64,000 nucleotides of DNA from Rhizophagus irregularis (lineage: Eukaryota), in assembly GCF_026210795.1 (NCBI RefSeq), contig NC_089434.1:930001-994000 (forward strand), in the 5' to 3' direction. A program made the translations under genes and the position numbers. Positions 39,555 to 54,423 of the stretch are shown here, piece by piece. The notes under the pieces are model-generated. The model ran no database searches and was not told the DNA's origin. It was given only the letters and a program-made list of their open reading frames with translations. Within the stretch, counting starts at the first letter, position 1. Every line of letters begins with the position of its first letter.

Positions 39555-41076
39555 AATGCAATCTTATATGATTTTTTTATTAATTTTGAAAAATAAAACG
39601 TTGAAATAAAAAAGAAAATTATTTTATCGAAAGTTATACAAATAAATGGCAAATGTTTCACGAAGAATGCTGTATTACGGAAGTATGTTGACGAATTTAG
39701 GTGTACACATTATGCAGCTTGTAATACAATAAAAAGAAAAAAATTCATGTGAATTTAAATTTTGATATACTGTAAATAGTAAGAAACGTAAATTCATTTT
39801 ACATATTCTGTAGAAATCTTTTTATGTGTTGCAATATTATAATAAACTATGAAAAATATCAAAAGAAATGTAACGATAAATACTTGTTACTTCGGAATGA
39901 GCACGTCACAAATATTATCAACATCACATTTTCTGAAATGAAAGAACATATTATTATGAGATATACTCAAAAAATAATTTTACCTAGATAATTATGTAAT
40001 GATAAAATTATGATTATATCAAAGGTTCATTTTTTTAAAATTTTGAAAATATTATTCTGTAAATCGCGTCAAAATTATCGATGTAAAACATATCATGATT
40101 TTAACCATCGAGATCATCTTTCTATATTTGAAGTAATGATATCTTTTCACGACAGAGAAAATTTCAACATATAGATTGTTTTTAAAACTCGTTAGTCGAA
40201 CTACAAGGAATAATTATTCTTTTAGGGTAGAGTCAATTTACTTCGTCGTGTGTGATGGCGATTCTGATATTCAAGACTTTCAATAAGAGAATCATGAACA
40301 TTAAGTTGGTGCCAAGTGAGAAAGAAGGCCTTATCAAAATTTTTTCTATTTTATAAGGCGTAAAAATTTTGAATACGTGTAGTATAATTTTTTATTAGCT
40401 GAATAATTAGCCATTATTATTATACGAAACTTCATAATTAAACAAAAATAATTATTGCGTCAATCAAGAAAGATTTATGATTTCTCCTCAATTTTCTTTT
40501 TCTTTTTTCTTTTTTTTTTTGATTTATAATAATTTTTAATTGAATGGATACGAAAAATATATTTGGATTAATCGGATTAATTTGATAGAAAATTTTTACT
40601 TTTAAATACAAAAAAAAAGAAAAAAAAAATTCTCTATATATAAGGCGTCATTTGTCCACTTATATGCATTTAATTCAAGTGAAAAAAAATTTTTTTAAAC
40701 TAAGTAATAATGCAAATAATGCAAATAATAATTTGGTATAAAAATCGGAGATGTCTTTTAAAAATTTAAAATTTTCTTTTTAATATTTTAATTCTTTCTC
40801 CCTCCCTCTCCCCATATATTCATTTCAATCATAAAAAAAAATAATTAATTCAAATTTCTTTTTTTTGTTCATATATTTTTATTTTAATTTTTAATTTTAA
40901 TTTTTTTTTTTTGTAATAAAAAAACAAACGATTAAAATAATTAGATCAATTAAATTAAGAATAAAAAAAAAGAAAGAAAATTATTTTTACATCTATAATT
41001 ATTATCTTTTTATTTTTCTACTCACCTTTTTCTCTTTTATGACACATACATACTTTTTCACGCCAAAAAAAAATTT

Positions 41077-43474
41077 CTAATTATTATCAGATAAATCAAA
41101 CTCATTACTACCAAGTGCTAATTTAATAAGATCATAAATAATAATTCCACCAACTAAAATTATGGCGATAATTCCAGCAATCTTAGAAACCATCATTCTA
41201 CACTTTCTGTCAGTAGGAAAAGCGGTAAAAGGTTCAGGTTTAATTGTTGATGACGATGATGTTGTTGGTGATATTGGTAGTGGTGATGTTGGTAACATTG
41301 GTGATATTGGTGATATTGGTGATATTGGTGTAGTTGGTGTCGTTGGTGTCGTTGACGTTGTAATTATTAAATTATCATTAATATTTTCACTACTACGATT
41401 ATAACGATGATGTAAAGTTCTATTAGGATGAAGTAAATTATCACCACCAGTTGAAGAACTTGTACCACTAATTATATTTGTTGCTTTTTCGATTATATTA
41501 TTAATATCTATATTAGGTAATTCTTTTTTATCGGCGTTAAGCAAAGGTGATGATGGTGGTACTGATGGTGGTGGAGTTGCCGTTGCTGATGATGTAACTA
41601 TTAATGTAGTTGTTTCTAAATCTTTTTCTCTTTGTTCAATTATTTCTATAGAAGAAATTTGATTTTTTCGTTTTTGACTTAAATTATATAAATAAAATGG
41701 TATGATAAAATTACTCGCGCTAGTAAATAATAAACTAGTCCAATTTGTAAATATATTTAACCAAAATCCTGATTGAAATGGTAAAACTATTATCCATGGT
41801 AAAAATGTTGATAATAAAATTGCCATTCCTATAATAATATTAATAATAATAATAAAATATAAAAATAAGATAAATAAAATAAGAAAAATAAACGAATAAA
41901 TAAATAAATTCGATTAAAGAAAAAAAATACGATGATTTTACAACGTACCCCTTTTACAAAGACCTGATCTTTCTAAATTATAACGTACAACAATAGAATA
42001 AACTGGTATACTAGTTAATAAACCAGCAAGTGGGAATAAAAATGTTGCGATATCCGTCAAAATATTTCGATGAGATGAATTATCAATTTCTGCTATAATA
42101 TTTGATGCTAAATCCATTTTATATGTCATTCCTCCTAATATTCCTAATAATATATATGCTGAAGTAGTTATCATAACTGAATACCATGTAGCTTTTCTGA
42201 TAGAAACATCTGGTCGCTAAAAATAAATGAATGAATGAATAAATGTGATCCCTTCCAAGACAAAAAAATTTTTTCATCACCTACCAAATCGTTGACCCAA
42301 CTTGGAACGGTAGTTACAAATGCGTAATTAAATAACACGGTACCAACGACCTGACTTTGATTGCTACCGGCCAACGGAACATATTCTTTATGCAGTCCAG
42401 TGAGTATGAATGTAGCGATCCATGTGATCGCAATAAAAACGAGTGTCCCGAAAGAAACTAATATGTATGAAATAGTAACAGTAAATAAACAACAAATAAA
42501 TTACGACGTAAAAAAATTAAAATATAAATATATATATATTTACAAATTTGTACGACTATATTATCAACTAAATCCAAAAATGCCAAAGGAGCACAAAATC
42601 CCAACGTTATCTAGGATTTAATATAAGTGAGTAAATGATGGTATTAAAAAAATAAAAATCACATCTCGAAAGGAAGTAGATTACCATAAATCCTAAAGAT
42701 GCCATCATGTAATTTGATCCGAACGGACTACTCTCATCAATAGCATCATTTATACAAAAGAATCCTAAATTTGGATGAAAACCCAATCCACAAGTTTTAC
42801 CAGCCCACTTCAATAGCATCAAATCCATTGATTGAGCTGATAATATAATTGAAGCAATTATGACTGATTCTATAGATAAATATAAAATTATTTGTATTAT
42901 TATTCGGGTTTTTTTTTGTGGGATCAAAAAATTTGTTAAATGCGTAAATTCAATTTTACGCTAAAAAAAAAAAGGAAAAAAGGTTAGTTTGCATACACGA
43001 AAAGGATTTAATAATCAATTTAATAACTATCATATAAAGACATCGAAAAAATATGTATTAGATTTTTTTTTTTTCGTACCTGAAAATATTCATTTCCTCG
43101 AATCGTCGTTAATGCTTCACATAAAAGTAAAGAAGAGATAGCACTCAGTGACATAGCAATGATGAACATTATGGTAGGAATCAACCAACCCGACATTTGA
43201 AAAAGTAAGGGAACTATTTATGTAATGACGCATCATAAGTCGATTTTAGATAACATTCACGGATATGAATACTTTTTCTTTTTAGTAAAAGTAGTAATTC
43301 TATTTCAAATAAAGAAGAACAAAGAAAAAAGAATTGGTCAACCATACTTGTTACGAGTCCAGGACCTGTCATGGCAGAAACCAAAAGTGCAATGCTTCCT
43401 ATGAAGGAAATCCCACGTTGATTATTATCCACCTCTTTTATTGGATAATAATTCCCTTTACTAAATATTCCCAT
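41077..43474 (-). CDS. Transmembrane amino-acid transporter (AAAP/Aa_trans-like), multi-exon
   Basis: Motifs GISFIGSIALLVSAMTGPGL, PLLFQMSGWLIP, GTVLFNYAFVTTVPSWVN, LLTSIPVYSIVVRYNL, NWTSL. GT-AG introns and many TM segments. Confidence 0.88.
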
Positions 43475-44215
43475 ATATTTTTCGTAAATATTCATATATT
43501 TATGCATTGTTTAATATTATAAAACAACAAAGTTGTATTAATTTTTATTTTTATTTTTTTTTGAGACTCCTTTTATACTTGATCGTGATCAGGTTAATCG
43601 GGACTGCCAATCTATTGGGCTGTTTCCGATAGTGACATTTATAAGTATGACAACATATATACTATATAATACCTTGATTCACTAAATAATAATAAAAGGA
43701 TCAGTAGATATTTTAACAAAGAAAAGGTCGTAGAATTGATCGGCTCATACATTTTGTCATACTACTCTATTTCCTTTTATATCATGTGAAAACGCCTTAA
43801 AAAATACAATTGATCAATGACTATTTCTTTTTATGATTAGTCGCTGGTGGGTCATAGGGCAGGGCCACATAAATGCATGAAATGTCGTTAATGCATAGTA
43901 GTTTGTATCACAACTTTATGCCCAAATTCGCCAGATAACCAAATTTTATTATTTCTTACAAATATAAATAATGATAACAAAATTAAGCCGAAAATAAAAA
44001 AAATTCTTTATATATAATGAAAAACTTTTCTACATTTAAATATAATAAATCATATACAATATATATAAAAAAAAGATAATTCCCTCGGGTTAAACAAATA
44101 ACAAATATAATTTACTTATTAAGTAATAAAAAGTTATAATTAATTATGTACAAAATAATCATAATAATAAAAGAAAATTTCCACAACGTGCTGCGGCTCA
44201 TGATGCATTCTTTTA

Positions 44216-45942
44216 TCAATCACCAATTGCCCTAGAAATGTTCCTTGCATAATCAATTGTATCAATAATTGATTCGTTGAATTTTGGATTTTTAGGATCC
44301 ATAGTCGTGATTGATTCACAACTGTTGGGAGAAGGAGATGAAATCCAAGAAAGATTGATCAAATTAACGGTATCTTCCAAAGCTATTCTACCATCTTCAT
44401 CTTGTAAAGTGGAAATGAAATTCATTTGATATTTATCATTACTAAATAAGTTTAGAGAGAGAGAATTAGTTTGGAATAATTTCAATAAATAGTTTATTGA
44501 ATTTTCGGAAATTACTTACGTTAGTTGTTTTTTGATGATAGATTGTCTAACGCTTGTACATTTAAATTTTCCATTGAAATCTTTTTGACTGAAATACATC
44601 AGTTCGCTATCATCATATTTATTCTCATTTCTTTTTAAAAAATCATCAGATTTTTGTATATTATAAATTATATTATGATTTTTTTCGCTAATAGGGGATG
44701 AACGTTTTTGTGATTTTAATAAGAAACGTAAATCTGGTGATTTACTTCTACCGGATACAATGTCTATTATGGCTTGACGACTTATATTTTTAGTTGATTT
44801 TATTATTTTCCAACGTCCTATAAATAAGTAAATCTTTTTTTTAAAAAAAACAACAAAAATATTTAAAAAATAAAAATGATTCGTCAAAAAATTTTACCTT
44901 CATTCGCGTCCCATTGTAATTTAAATTTATTTTTCTTTTCCTTTTCTTTATATAATACAGTAATAAAACATTCCTCTCTATCATCAACCTTATTTTCAAA
45001 ATTGTTAATTTCTTTAAATCCAAAAGTATTTTTTAATTTTTGAATTTTCTCATCATCAAAAAAACTAATATCATGACGAAAAGCGGTAGTAATTCCATTA
45101 TAACCCCTTTTTAAATTATTCCATTCTGATAAATTTAAATTAGTTTTACTAATTTTTGTAAATAATTCTCTACCAAAATTGATTTTTAAACGAAATTCAT
45201 TATCAGAATTGTCCATTATAATTTTTTGTTGTTGATGATGATGAAAGTTACCGTAACGGTTCCGAGATGGATGAGATAAATTTTTATTACTAATTTGGTC
45301 AACAATTTTAGCCAAACAATCATCTAATTGTAATATAGTATTAAAACTATAAATCTTTCCTGATAGATTATTAAATGATAAATCATTATTATTATTATTA
45401 TATTTGTGGAGAGTAGGAGAAGAACGTCGTAATGATAAAAATGATGAATAATTTGGTGGTGAAGGATTTATTTCAAGAGTATATTTACAATGAGTTATAT
45501 CATTGGGAAAGACACTACTCTTACAACCATCTTCACTAGGAACTTTCTTAAATGATAACATGGGTAATAATAATTTTGGAATAATATCCAATAAAGTGAA
45601 TCCTATAATTGGTGAATAAGAATTCGAACGACCTAACGATTCTTGTAATAAAACAACGGCTTTTGAACGTTGTTCTTTGGTACCAGTAATTATTGCTTGA
45701 CATGATTGATTTCTTTTACCGGTAATTATAACATCTGCTCCTGAAGTTTCCCTTTAGGAAAAAAAAAGAGAAACATAAAATTATTAAACAATATTATTAT
45801 AATTTAACAAACACTAACAAACTACCTACCTTATTCGATTTAAATTTGAAGAATCTGGTCCAAATATATATCCTGATTTTCCTTTTGGTATTCTAAGTGT
45901 CTCTTGGTGTTCTTTTAACTCGATTATTTGATTTGGTATCAT
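44216..45942 (-). CDS. KH-domain protein with an uncharacterised C-terminal region
   Basis: Spliced N-terminus LRIPKGKSGYIFGPDSSNLNRIRETSGADVII...AIITGTKEQRSKA is a type I KH pattern. About 4 exons. Confidence 0.75.
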
Positions 45943-46574
45943 TTTTTTTTATAAAATAAAGAATTTAAATTAGAAAAAAAAAATGCAAAGTAAAAAAATA
46001 TATATATAAATATAATTTTTATATTATATCTAATATTACATACGTATTTTTAAAAAATCAGGATACGTCCTTTATATAAGAAAAAAAAAAATTTTTTTTC
46101 AATTTTCTGTGTATACCGAGCGGCCAATAAAGAAAATTAGATAACTATCAAAAAGAGAAACAATAACCATTATTATTTTTTGGCAGTTTATTATTTCAGT
46201 AAAGATTTTCAAAAAATTAACCATCTTCTCTAATGAACAAAGCTTTCGTCCAATAAAAATTCGTATAAAATAAGTAAAAGGCGTAAATACCGCAGTATTG
46301 CATTAATTATGCGAAGTAAACCATTTGCATAATTGCTTTTGAAAGTTGCTTTTGGTAGTAACGGGGGCTAATTCAAACAATCAGGTCAATTTTGATTATC
46401 TTTTTATTGTTACTTTCATTATTACCATAATCATCAAATTGAAAGTGTTATTCTAAAACAATGAAATAAATTCTTCTTAGAATGAAATAAAATTTAGAAT
46501 ATATTCTTGGAATAATAAATTTTGGAATAAAAAAAGAAAAGAGCTCAAGTTCTTAATTTAGCTCATTTCTTTCT

Positions 46575-46675
46575 TTACGTTCTTTTCGTTCTTTTCGTTC
46601 GTTCTTTTCGTTCGTTCTTTTCGTTAGTTCTTTTCGTTACATCCTTTTTATTCGTCCTTTTCGTTCGCTCTTTTC
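46575..46675. repeat. Simple repeat (ttttcgttc)n
   Basis: About 8 imperfect copies. Confidence 0.8.
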
Positions 46676-47874
46676 TAGAAAAAAAAAAAATAACAAAGAA
46701 TTATTTCAATATAATAATGTATTTTTACGATTGGTATTAACTTTTTAACTTTTTATATTATGCATGCATAAAATTCATACGTCTATCCATACATCAAGCA
46801 TTATTATTATTATTTATTATTATTAATATTAGAGTTTAGAAATTGATAAATTTGGAATGATTCAAACTTATTCAAACATTTTAAACTTTGTAAAATTTTC
46901 TTATTTTTTTTAAAAAAAAAAAAAATTTCAAAGTAAAAAATTCCTTTATTTCATTATGAAATTTATAATTTTATCCGTTATATACCTTATTCGTCTTATT
47001 TATCTTATTCTCTTTCAAATATTTACTTTTTAAAGAGTAATTTATTATGATGTATATTTACGCTTAATAAATTAAATAAGCTAAGCTTTTTTTTTTTAAG
47101 ATTTGCAATATCGTGATGATTATGTGGCGGGTTATCCGTTATCCGTTTTCCTAAAAAAAACATTATTTAAATAATGCTTATTGTTTATTATATTAAAATT
47201 TTACAAAGTTTAAAATCAATAATTATCGAGTTCTTATTGTTAACCGTATGAAATTAATTGTATAAAAATTCAAAATTTTCAAATTTTTCCTTATAAAATT
47301 TAGACTAATAAAAATTTGTATAAATAAAAAAAAAATGTACATATGGGAATCACGACACTATCACGCTTCTTGTCTTACCTTTCTTCAGTATCATCTATTA
47401 GTCCTATCAGTTACGATAAAAAAATGGTAGTATTTCTAGAAAACTTTGAAGAATATTATTATAAAGTACGACAATAAATAATTAATTAATATTGCATGAC
47501 TTCATTAATTAAAAAAGGTAATTAAAGTGTTACGTTGCAAGTACTTTTTTTTAGTTGTACAAGAGATTTTTTACATTTGTATGATTTGTATGTATTTGAA
47601 GTATAATGATGATAACGAAGAAATGAACATTTAAATTTTTTTCTGTGTCGCAAAAAAAGGTATTTTTGTATATATATATAGATAATTATTTCTTTTTTCC
47701 ATTTTACTTTCTTTAATTTAATTAGTACCTCCGAAAAAAAAAAATTTAACCATAAACATTAAAAAAAATATTTTTTTTTTATACATACCGTATTACCACT
47801 TTCCTTAAAATAATTTTCTATCATTCTTCCATAAAAAAAAAAAACTTTTTTCTTTCCTTCCTTTTAAAATAAAA

Positions 47875-48742
47875 ATGAAATCATCTTATTCTTTTGTAGC
47901 ATTAGTTACCTTCCTTCTTAGTGTTAGTACAACTAACGCAAACATATTTCCAACAAATCCTGATGGTGGTGCTGCTATTTTCACTCCAAATCAAAAAGTA
48001 AGTAGTTAACACATGATAATTTTGAAAAAAGAATTTTCTTCTTACTTTTCCTTTTTTTTTTCTTTAGGTTTCAATTGAATGGAAAGATGATGGTAAAGCT
48101 CCAAATTTAAAAGCTTTAGGCGTAGTTCTAGTGGAATTTATGACTGGAGCAGATCTTGAACAAGTACCCTTGGAACCTATTGGAAAAGTAACCGCTACTG
48201 TAGGAAAAATTGCTTGGGTAGTACCAGAGGTTGATCCTCCAGGGAAATTTTATTTTTTAAGATTTTCTAACGGTAAAGTTGATGATGTTTATACAACAAG
48301 ATTTACTATTACTGGTAAAAATGGTAAATATCCAGCTGAAACAATTCCTCCTCCAGCTGTTGGTAAGAATCTTGGTAAAGTTGGTAAAATTGTTGCAAAA
48401 GGTGATCCGAATGGTCCAGTACCAAAAGAAGTTGGTGTAGGAAATCCTAATCCTAATGAAACTCCTAAACAACCTGCTTTACCTGCTGATGATACTCTTA
48501 AAGATGATACTCTTAAAGATGCTAAAACTGCAAAGAAAACTCCTAATAATGATGCCAAAGCTCCTGATAATTCAGCTAAAGCTCCTGATAATCCTACACC
48601 GACGAATAATATTTTTCCATCAGCTTTCGTATCAGGAAATAATAATACCATTACTACTAGTTCAGCTTTTTCAATAAATTATAATATTGATATTATTGGA
48701 GTTTTAACTTTTATTAGTTTATTATCTAGCATGATAATTTAA
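47875..48742 (+). CDS. Secreted, probably GPI-anchored cell-wall protein with a Kre9/Knh1-like N-terminal domain
   Basis: Signal peptide MKSSYSFVALVTFLLSVSTTNA and an intron from 47998. Motifs PTNP, IEWKDDGKAP, FMTG, YFLRF, TTRFTI; P/K/D-rich stalk; hydrophobic C-terminus. Confidence 0.85.
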
Positions 48743-50544
48743 AATATATATACCGTATATGTATATTGTATATATATTTTTTATAGATTACTTTTTCTAA
48801 TATTTAATAATGTTAATTTCTAATAATTAATTAATTAATAATTAATAGTGTGTTTAAAATAATACATAACAATTAATTATATTATAACGTAATTCGTGTA
48901 AAGATTGATATTCAACACGTTAATAAGTCTAATATGTCTTCAACTGCACGTTTACTGTTTACAAATTAACGAACATTTATTGAAATAAAGATTAGTCATT
49001 TGTGAAGCGTGATCCTCAGTTCTCATTTAAGTCATGTAATTCATTAATGCTCAATTTGATATAAAAGAATAATTAAATTTTCAGCCTGCATATTTCGTAT
49101 CATTGCGTAACAATCGTAAATCCATCGTCGCTCACACGTGAAATTATGAGATATTGGATAATTTTTTGATTTTACATTATTATTATTATTGTTACCTTTA
49201 TAATTCAGGTAATCGAAATTGGAATTGGTGAAAATTATAACGATATTAAAATATATCGATGGGAAAAAATATGCAATCTCTGAAAATTGAAGGCAATAAA
49301 ATTTGATACAGTACGCAATTTTTATACTCAAAAATTGATAAAAAAAGGGAATTTATTCAATTAAAAGGAATTTTTTTTTTGCTCGTCTCCAATTTTTTTT
49401 TTCGGATAATTTATAATCACGTGATACTTTATAAGCAAATCAGAGTTTTAAAATTCAGAAATTCACATGATTGGATATGATTGGATATTATAATGAACGT
49501 CATTGGACATGACAACATTGCAAAATTCTGTTAATTTTCAAATATCATCTAAATAAGAAATTATTACTAATGGCATAATTTTGTTTATGTTTACATCATT
49601 AACACACTTTTCTCGTAATATGATTAATTGTTTACGCATGTAATTAAATTAAAATATGGCTGATTTTACTTTGTTTCACAAAAATTCGATATTCATGAAG
49701 GATTTTTTTCTGTCCGATGACTTTTAAGGTTTAAGAAAATTATGTGTTGATCAATTGTTACTAGTCAAGTATAGACGATTTTGACGATTTTTGCACTATA
49801 TCATCTTATGTTCCTATATTAATAAGTTTGTTTTTAATGATTACCTAATCTATTATAAACTCAATTTATTAATTGCATATTTTATTAACTACTTTGTTTA
49901 TGTCAATCTAATCAGGTTTTAAAAGCTTTTTTGGCTCATGTTTCAGAAGATTCCGGATTTAACGAACACGAAAGTTGACGAAAACTTTAAAGATTTGATT
50001 TTAGGAACAGAAATATTTTTGTTAACCTTTAACTTTCTCTTATTAAATATTGTAAATCCTAACTTACAGTACAAAGTAAAAAGTTAGTAATTTCCATTTT
50101 GGAGAGGTTTAATAACAGTTCAAATGTTGACAACAACTCAAGATTCAAGAAATCTTAAATAAAAGAACGTACCGTTAATTCACATTAGGTCATTAGGATA
50201 CATAAGAATTTGTAATAATTATAAAATTTTATGAGAGAAAATTTTTATGACATAGAGATTTATTGAAATCGTTATATAATAAAAATTACTGTATTATCAA
50301 TTTTAACCTGCCAACACAAAGTAGAATAGTATCTCTTGATGATCGACCGTTATGTATTAGTGTGTGGCGAATGACGTTGATGAGGTCGATGACGTTGATG
50401 ACGTTAAAGTCACGTAAATCTGATAACAATAATTATATAAAAAGCGTAAAATAAAAAATGTAAAATTTTTGTTACAACTTTCTTATTTTTCTTTTTTTTT
50501 TTGTTTTTCGAATTAAAAAAATTAAAAAAAAAAATTTTTTAGTA

Positions 50545-52691
50545 ATGCCTTCCGCAATTCGAGAAGAAATAGTTCGTGTGGCACTTAATAAATCTTCTGC
50601 ATTAATTGATTATAAGGTTTATAATGATATACCAAAACAAACTGAATTTAGAAAACAAATAATTCTTGATGATAAATTTCTTACAAGTGAAGAAAAGACT
50701 GAAGCGATAGGAATAATAAATAAATCTTATGATCATGATAAAATTCTTTATAATTTTGGTAGAAAAAGAATTTGTGAAAATTGTAATCAAGAATGTTTAG
50801 CTATATTATATTGTGAATTTTGTGTTAGAAATTGTTTAAAATCAAATTTTTCAAATTGGTCATCAGGAAATGATGATATTGATAATCTTATACAAAAATG
50901 TCAAATGGAAACGATTGATCCAGAAAGGATAATTGAATGGATTCCATATGATCAATTTCAAAATGTTAATAATTATTTATTAAAAAATGATTCCTCTGAT
51001 ATTTATACAGCAGTTTGGATTGATGGATGTTATAATGAATGGGATCCTAACGAGAAACGATTAAAAAGATTTGGAAGACAAAAAGTAATACTTAAAAGTT
51101 TGGAAAACGATGAAAATATAAATCGAAACTGGTTTGAGGAGGTTCGTAATCTTAAAAGTATTTAATAAAGCGATAATTAAAATTTTTTTTTAATAAAAAA
51201 ATCGTTTTATAGGCCAAATCACATCTAACTTTAAGTAATGAATGGCAAAGTAGTGTTCAATATTATGGATTAACACAGGATCCATCAAATGGTAATTACA
51301 TGCTTGTAATGAATTCAATGGATGTAAGTTTAAGAGAATTTTTACAACAAAATCATAATCAACTCTCATGGAAAGAAAAATTTCAAATTGTTGTTGATAT
51401 GACTTATTCACTTTATATTATTCATGAGGAGAATGCAATTCATAGAGATTTGCATTCTGGAAATATATTACATTCTCCAAGAAGTAATAAATGGTATATT
51501 AATGAACTTGGACTGAGTGGCCCTGCAGATGTATCATCAAAAAGTATATATGGGAATCTTCCTTACATAGCACCCGAGGTTATTGCTGGGAAACAAGTTA
51601 CAAAAGCATCCAATATTTATGGTATTGCAATGCTTATGTGGGAAATTTCTTCCGGACAACCACCATTTACTAATCGTGAACATGATTATAATCTTGCGAA
51701 TGATATTGTTAATGGTATGAGACCAAATATAATACCAGGAACTCCTTTAGAATATAAAAGTTTGATGAAACAAAGTTGGGATGCTGATCCATTAAAAAGA
51801 CCTGATGCTTATACACTTTGGAAAAAATTATATGAAATTAATTTATATTATTTAAACGAATTATATGAAGCAATTCAATCAGAAGAAACAAATGATGATG
51901 TAAATAAAAAAAGTGCCAATTATACAGATGGTAATTTACATACAAGTAAAGTTTATCAATTTGAAAATCTACCCGAACCAAGGAATGCAACAGAAGGTAA
52001 TTATTATATTAATTAATTTTATTTTATTAAATTATTAGCGTACTAATAATAATCTTCTTCAATTATAACAGAAGAACAAGAAGGTACAAAATAACGAATT
52101 TATTACAAATTATTATTTTGAAATGGTTTGTTTTTGTGTATTTAATTATTCTTTTCATATTTTTAATATTTATTTTTTTACAGCATTTCGTAATAAATCT
52201 TATGACAACTCTGATAACAGTGAGTATTAATTGAAATTTTTTTTTGTTATTATTATATAACAAATACTGATTAATTCGTCTTTGTTTTTACTTTTAGTTG
52301 GTTTTAATAAAACAAATAACCAGGATGAAGGTAACTTATTTTTAGATGAACTTTTATCTTCCAAATAAATAAAAATATAGAAGTATTCTTCGAATTTATT
52401 TATTGGTAAAATAATTAATATATATTTGACTATATATTCAATAACGCATGAACAAATTTCATTGATTTGAATTATTTAGATATTCGAAATAAAACAATTC
52501 AACAACAAATAAAAGATAATATTGGTAACGTATTTTTGAAATTCATTATATATCAATTGGAAGGAATTCGATTTTATACTAATTTTTTCTTTAAAAAATT
52601 TATAATTTTTTTAGATGAAGATGAAGTATATGTTAATCCAAATCTTCATTCGGAAGAACAAGATGAATTAGAAATTCCTGATAGTATTTAA
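50545..52691 (+). CDS. TKL-type pseudokinase, paralog of copies A and B
   Basis: Same exon layout and NPNLHSEEQDELEIPD tail as copy A. The Gly-loop is replaced (LLKNDSSDIY) and DLG is changed to ELG. Confidence 0.82.
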
Positions 52692-53219
52692 CTTATTTTG
52701 ATCATTTATTTTTTTTAAAAAAATTTTTTTTTATGAATCATTTAAACGACGCTAAGATTATATAGTAATCGTAAGTAAAACATCTTGCAAAAGTTTGTTA
52801 TTTTTGTAAATTAAATTATTATATATTATTAAATAAATTGCAATTTAAACAATTCTTACGAGTTATTTCGTATTTGTTTTGAGATTTGTTGTCAGGGGAT
52901 AAAGATGTAGTTTGACACCTGACGCGCATCACCTGAATAACCTTAATATACTTTTTTATTCTATACATTTATTTACGTGAAATTATAAAATATACTTTAA
53001 AAAATTAATATTTTAATATTTTGAATAACCATAAATTTGAGTCTAATCACATATTTTTTGTGATAAATAAATTCACTTAATAAACGTAATAATAAATGAG
53101 CTATAATTATATTATGATTAAGTGGATCCTCCTCTGTATGTTTTATATTGAAGCATTTTTCTACTTTGGTCAACTCACAACTACTTATAAATAACAGAAA
53201 AATGATAATGTTTAAGACA

Positions 53220-53507
53220 TCGGTTAACCGGTTAAAACTATTTTGACAATAAATCCATAATTCTGGTCAGATTTACTTAATGCGGCCCAGAGACTTGGTA
53301 ATTTCAGTCATGTGTTCCCAAACTCGAAGTTTTAATACCGAATTTTTTCCTATTTATTAATAATGGTATTGATGAAAAATAATCTTCTTTCAACTAAATG
53401 TGTTAGAAAAATCAAAAATCGTTACAATTTTCAGCAAAAATTTAAATATTTTCATATCAACCGGTTAATTAACCGATTAAGGTTTTTTTGGACGGTTCCG
53501 ACTTCTA
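53220..53507. repeat. Fragment related to the 2872-3691 element
   Basis: ccggttaattaaccgattaaggtttttttggacggttcc is the reverse complement of that element's left end. Confidence 0.55.
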
Positions 53508-54423
53508 CATTAGCAAATATTTTTGATATTGAGAAGAAAGTTGTCGAATGTACCAATATTTCTTCTTTATTACTATCATCCTAATATTATTCGTATTTGT
53601 CAACTATGTTCGAAGGATGGATATCGTAAGATTTTTATGATGTGGTACGAATGTTCATACGATTTTATTTTGGTTCAATTGTTAGATTACTTTTATATTC
53701 TAAACTCGTATGTATTAGTTCACAAGGATCAACTTATTCGTACATTTTTTATTCGTGTTAATTCAGAAAAAATAAAACATAACTTCATTCTGTTTGAATG
53801 TGAACTATTAAAGAATCTAGCGTTAGCTACAAATACAGTATATGTTTTTTCGAAAAATGTATCCAGATAGTAACTTACACTCAACGAAAATCTTTTCAGA
53901 ACCTTTAACGTTGATCTACAGACAAATAAAATTTACAAAATAGATTAAGACAAAAAAAAAACATTGCAAATTTATAGTTATTAATTCTTCTCTTTTAATT
54001 ATTGCTAAAATATTGATTATTAATATATACTGTATATCATAATTTCTGATATTTCATATGCTAATAATTTTTAATATTTTGTTAAAATATTTACTGCGAA
54101 CACTTTTTTAAAATATGAAAATAGTTAAAATTGGGAATTTTAAATTTTGTAAATTTTGTTAAAATCATAAATCAATTTTATTTATAAAAAATTCTTTGCT
54201 CAATTACAAACTGATTTATTTATGCAAAAAAAAAAGTTTACATATACTCTTTAATCAGTGTTGAACAAATCAATACATAATATATATTTTATCATTTATA
54301 TCTAAGAATTGAACTTAAATTTCTTTGACAAATTTAACAAATCTAATTTTAACCTATTTCTTTTTTTTTTTAAATACAATTACTTTGCAACTTTTTGATA
54401 ATAGTAATATTATATTTCACACT

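Noticed and set aside
48289..48651. Antisense ORFs (also 31555-31788, 41162-41404, 21928-22137, 21004-21276)
   Set aside because: Shadow ORFs of real genes on the opposite strand.
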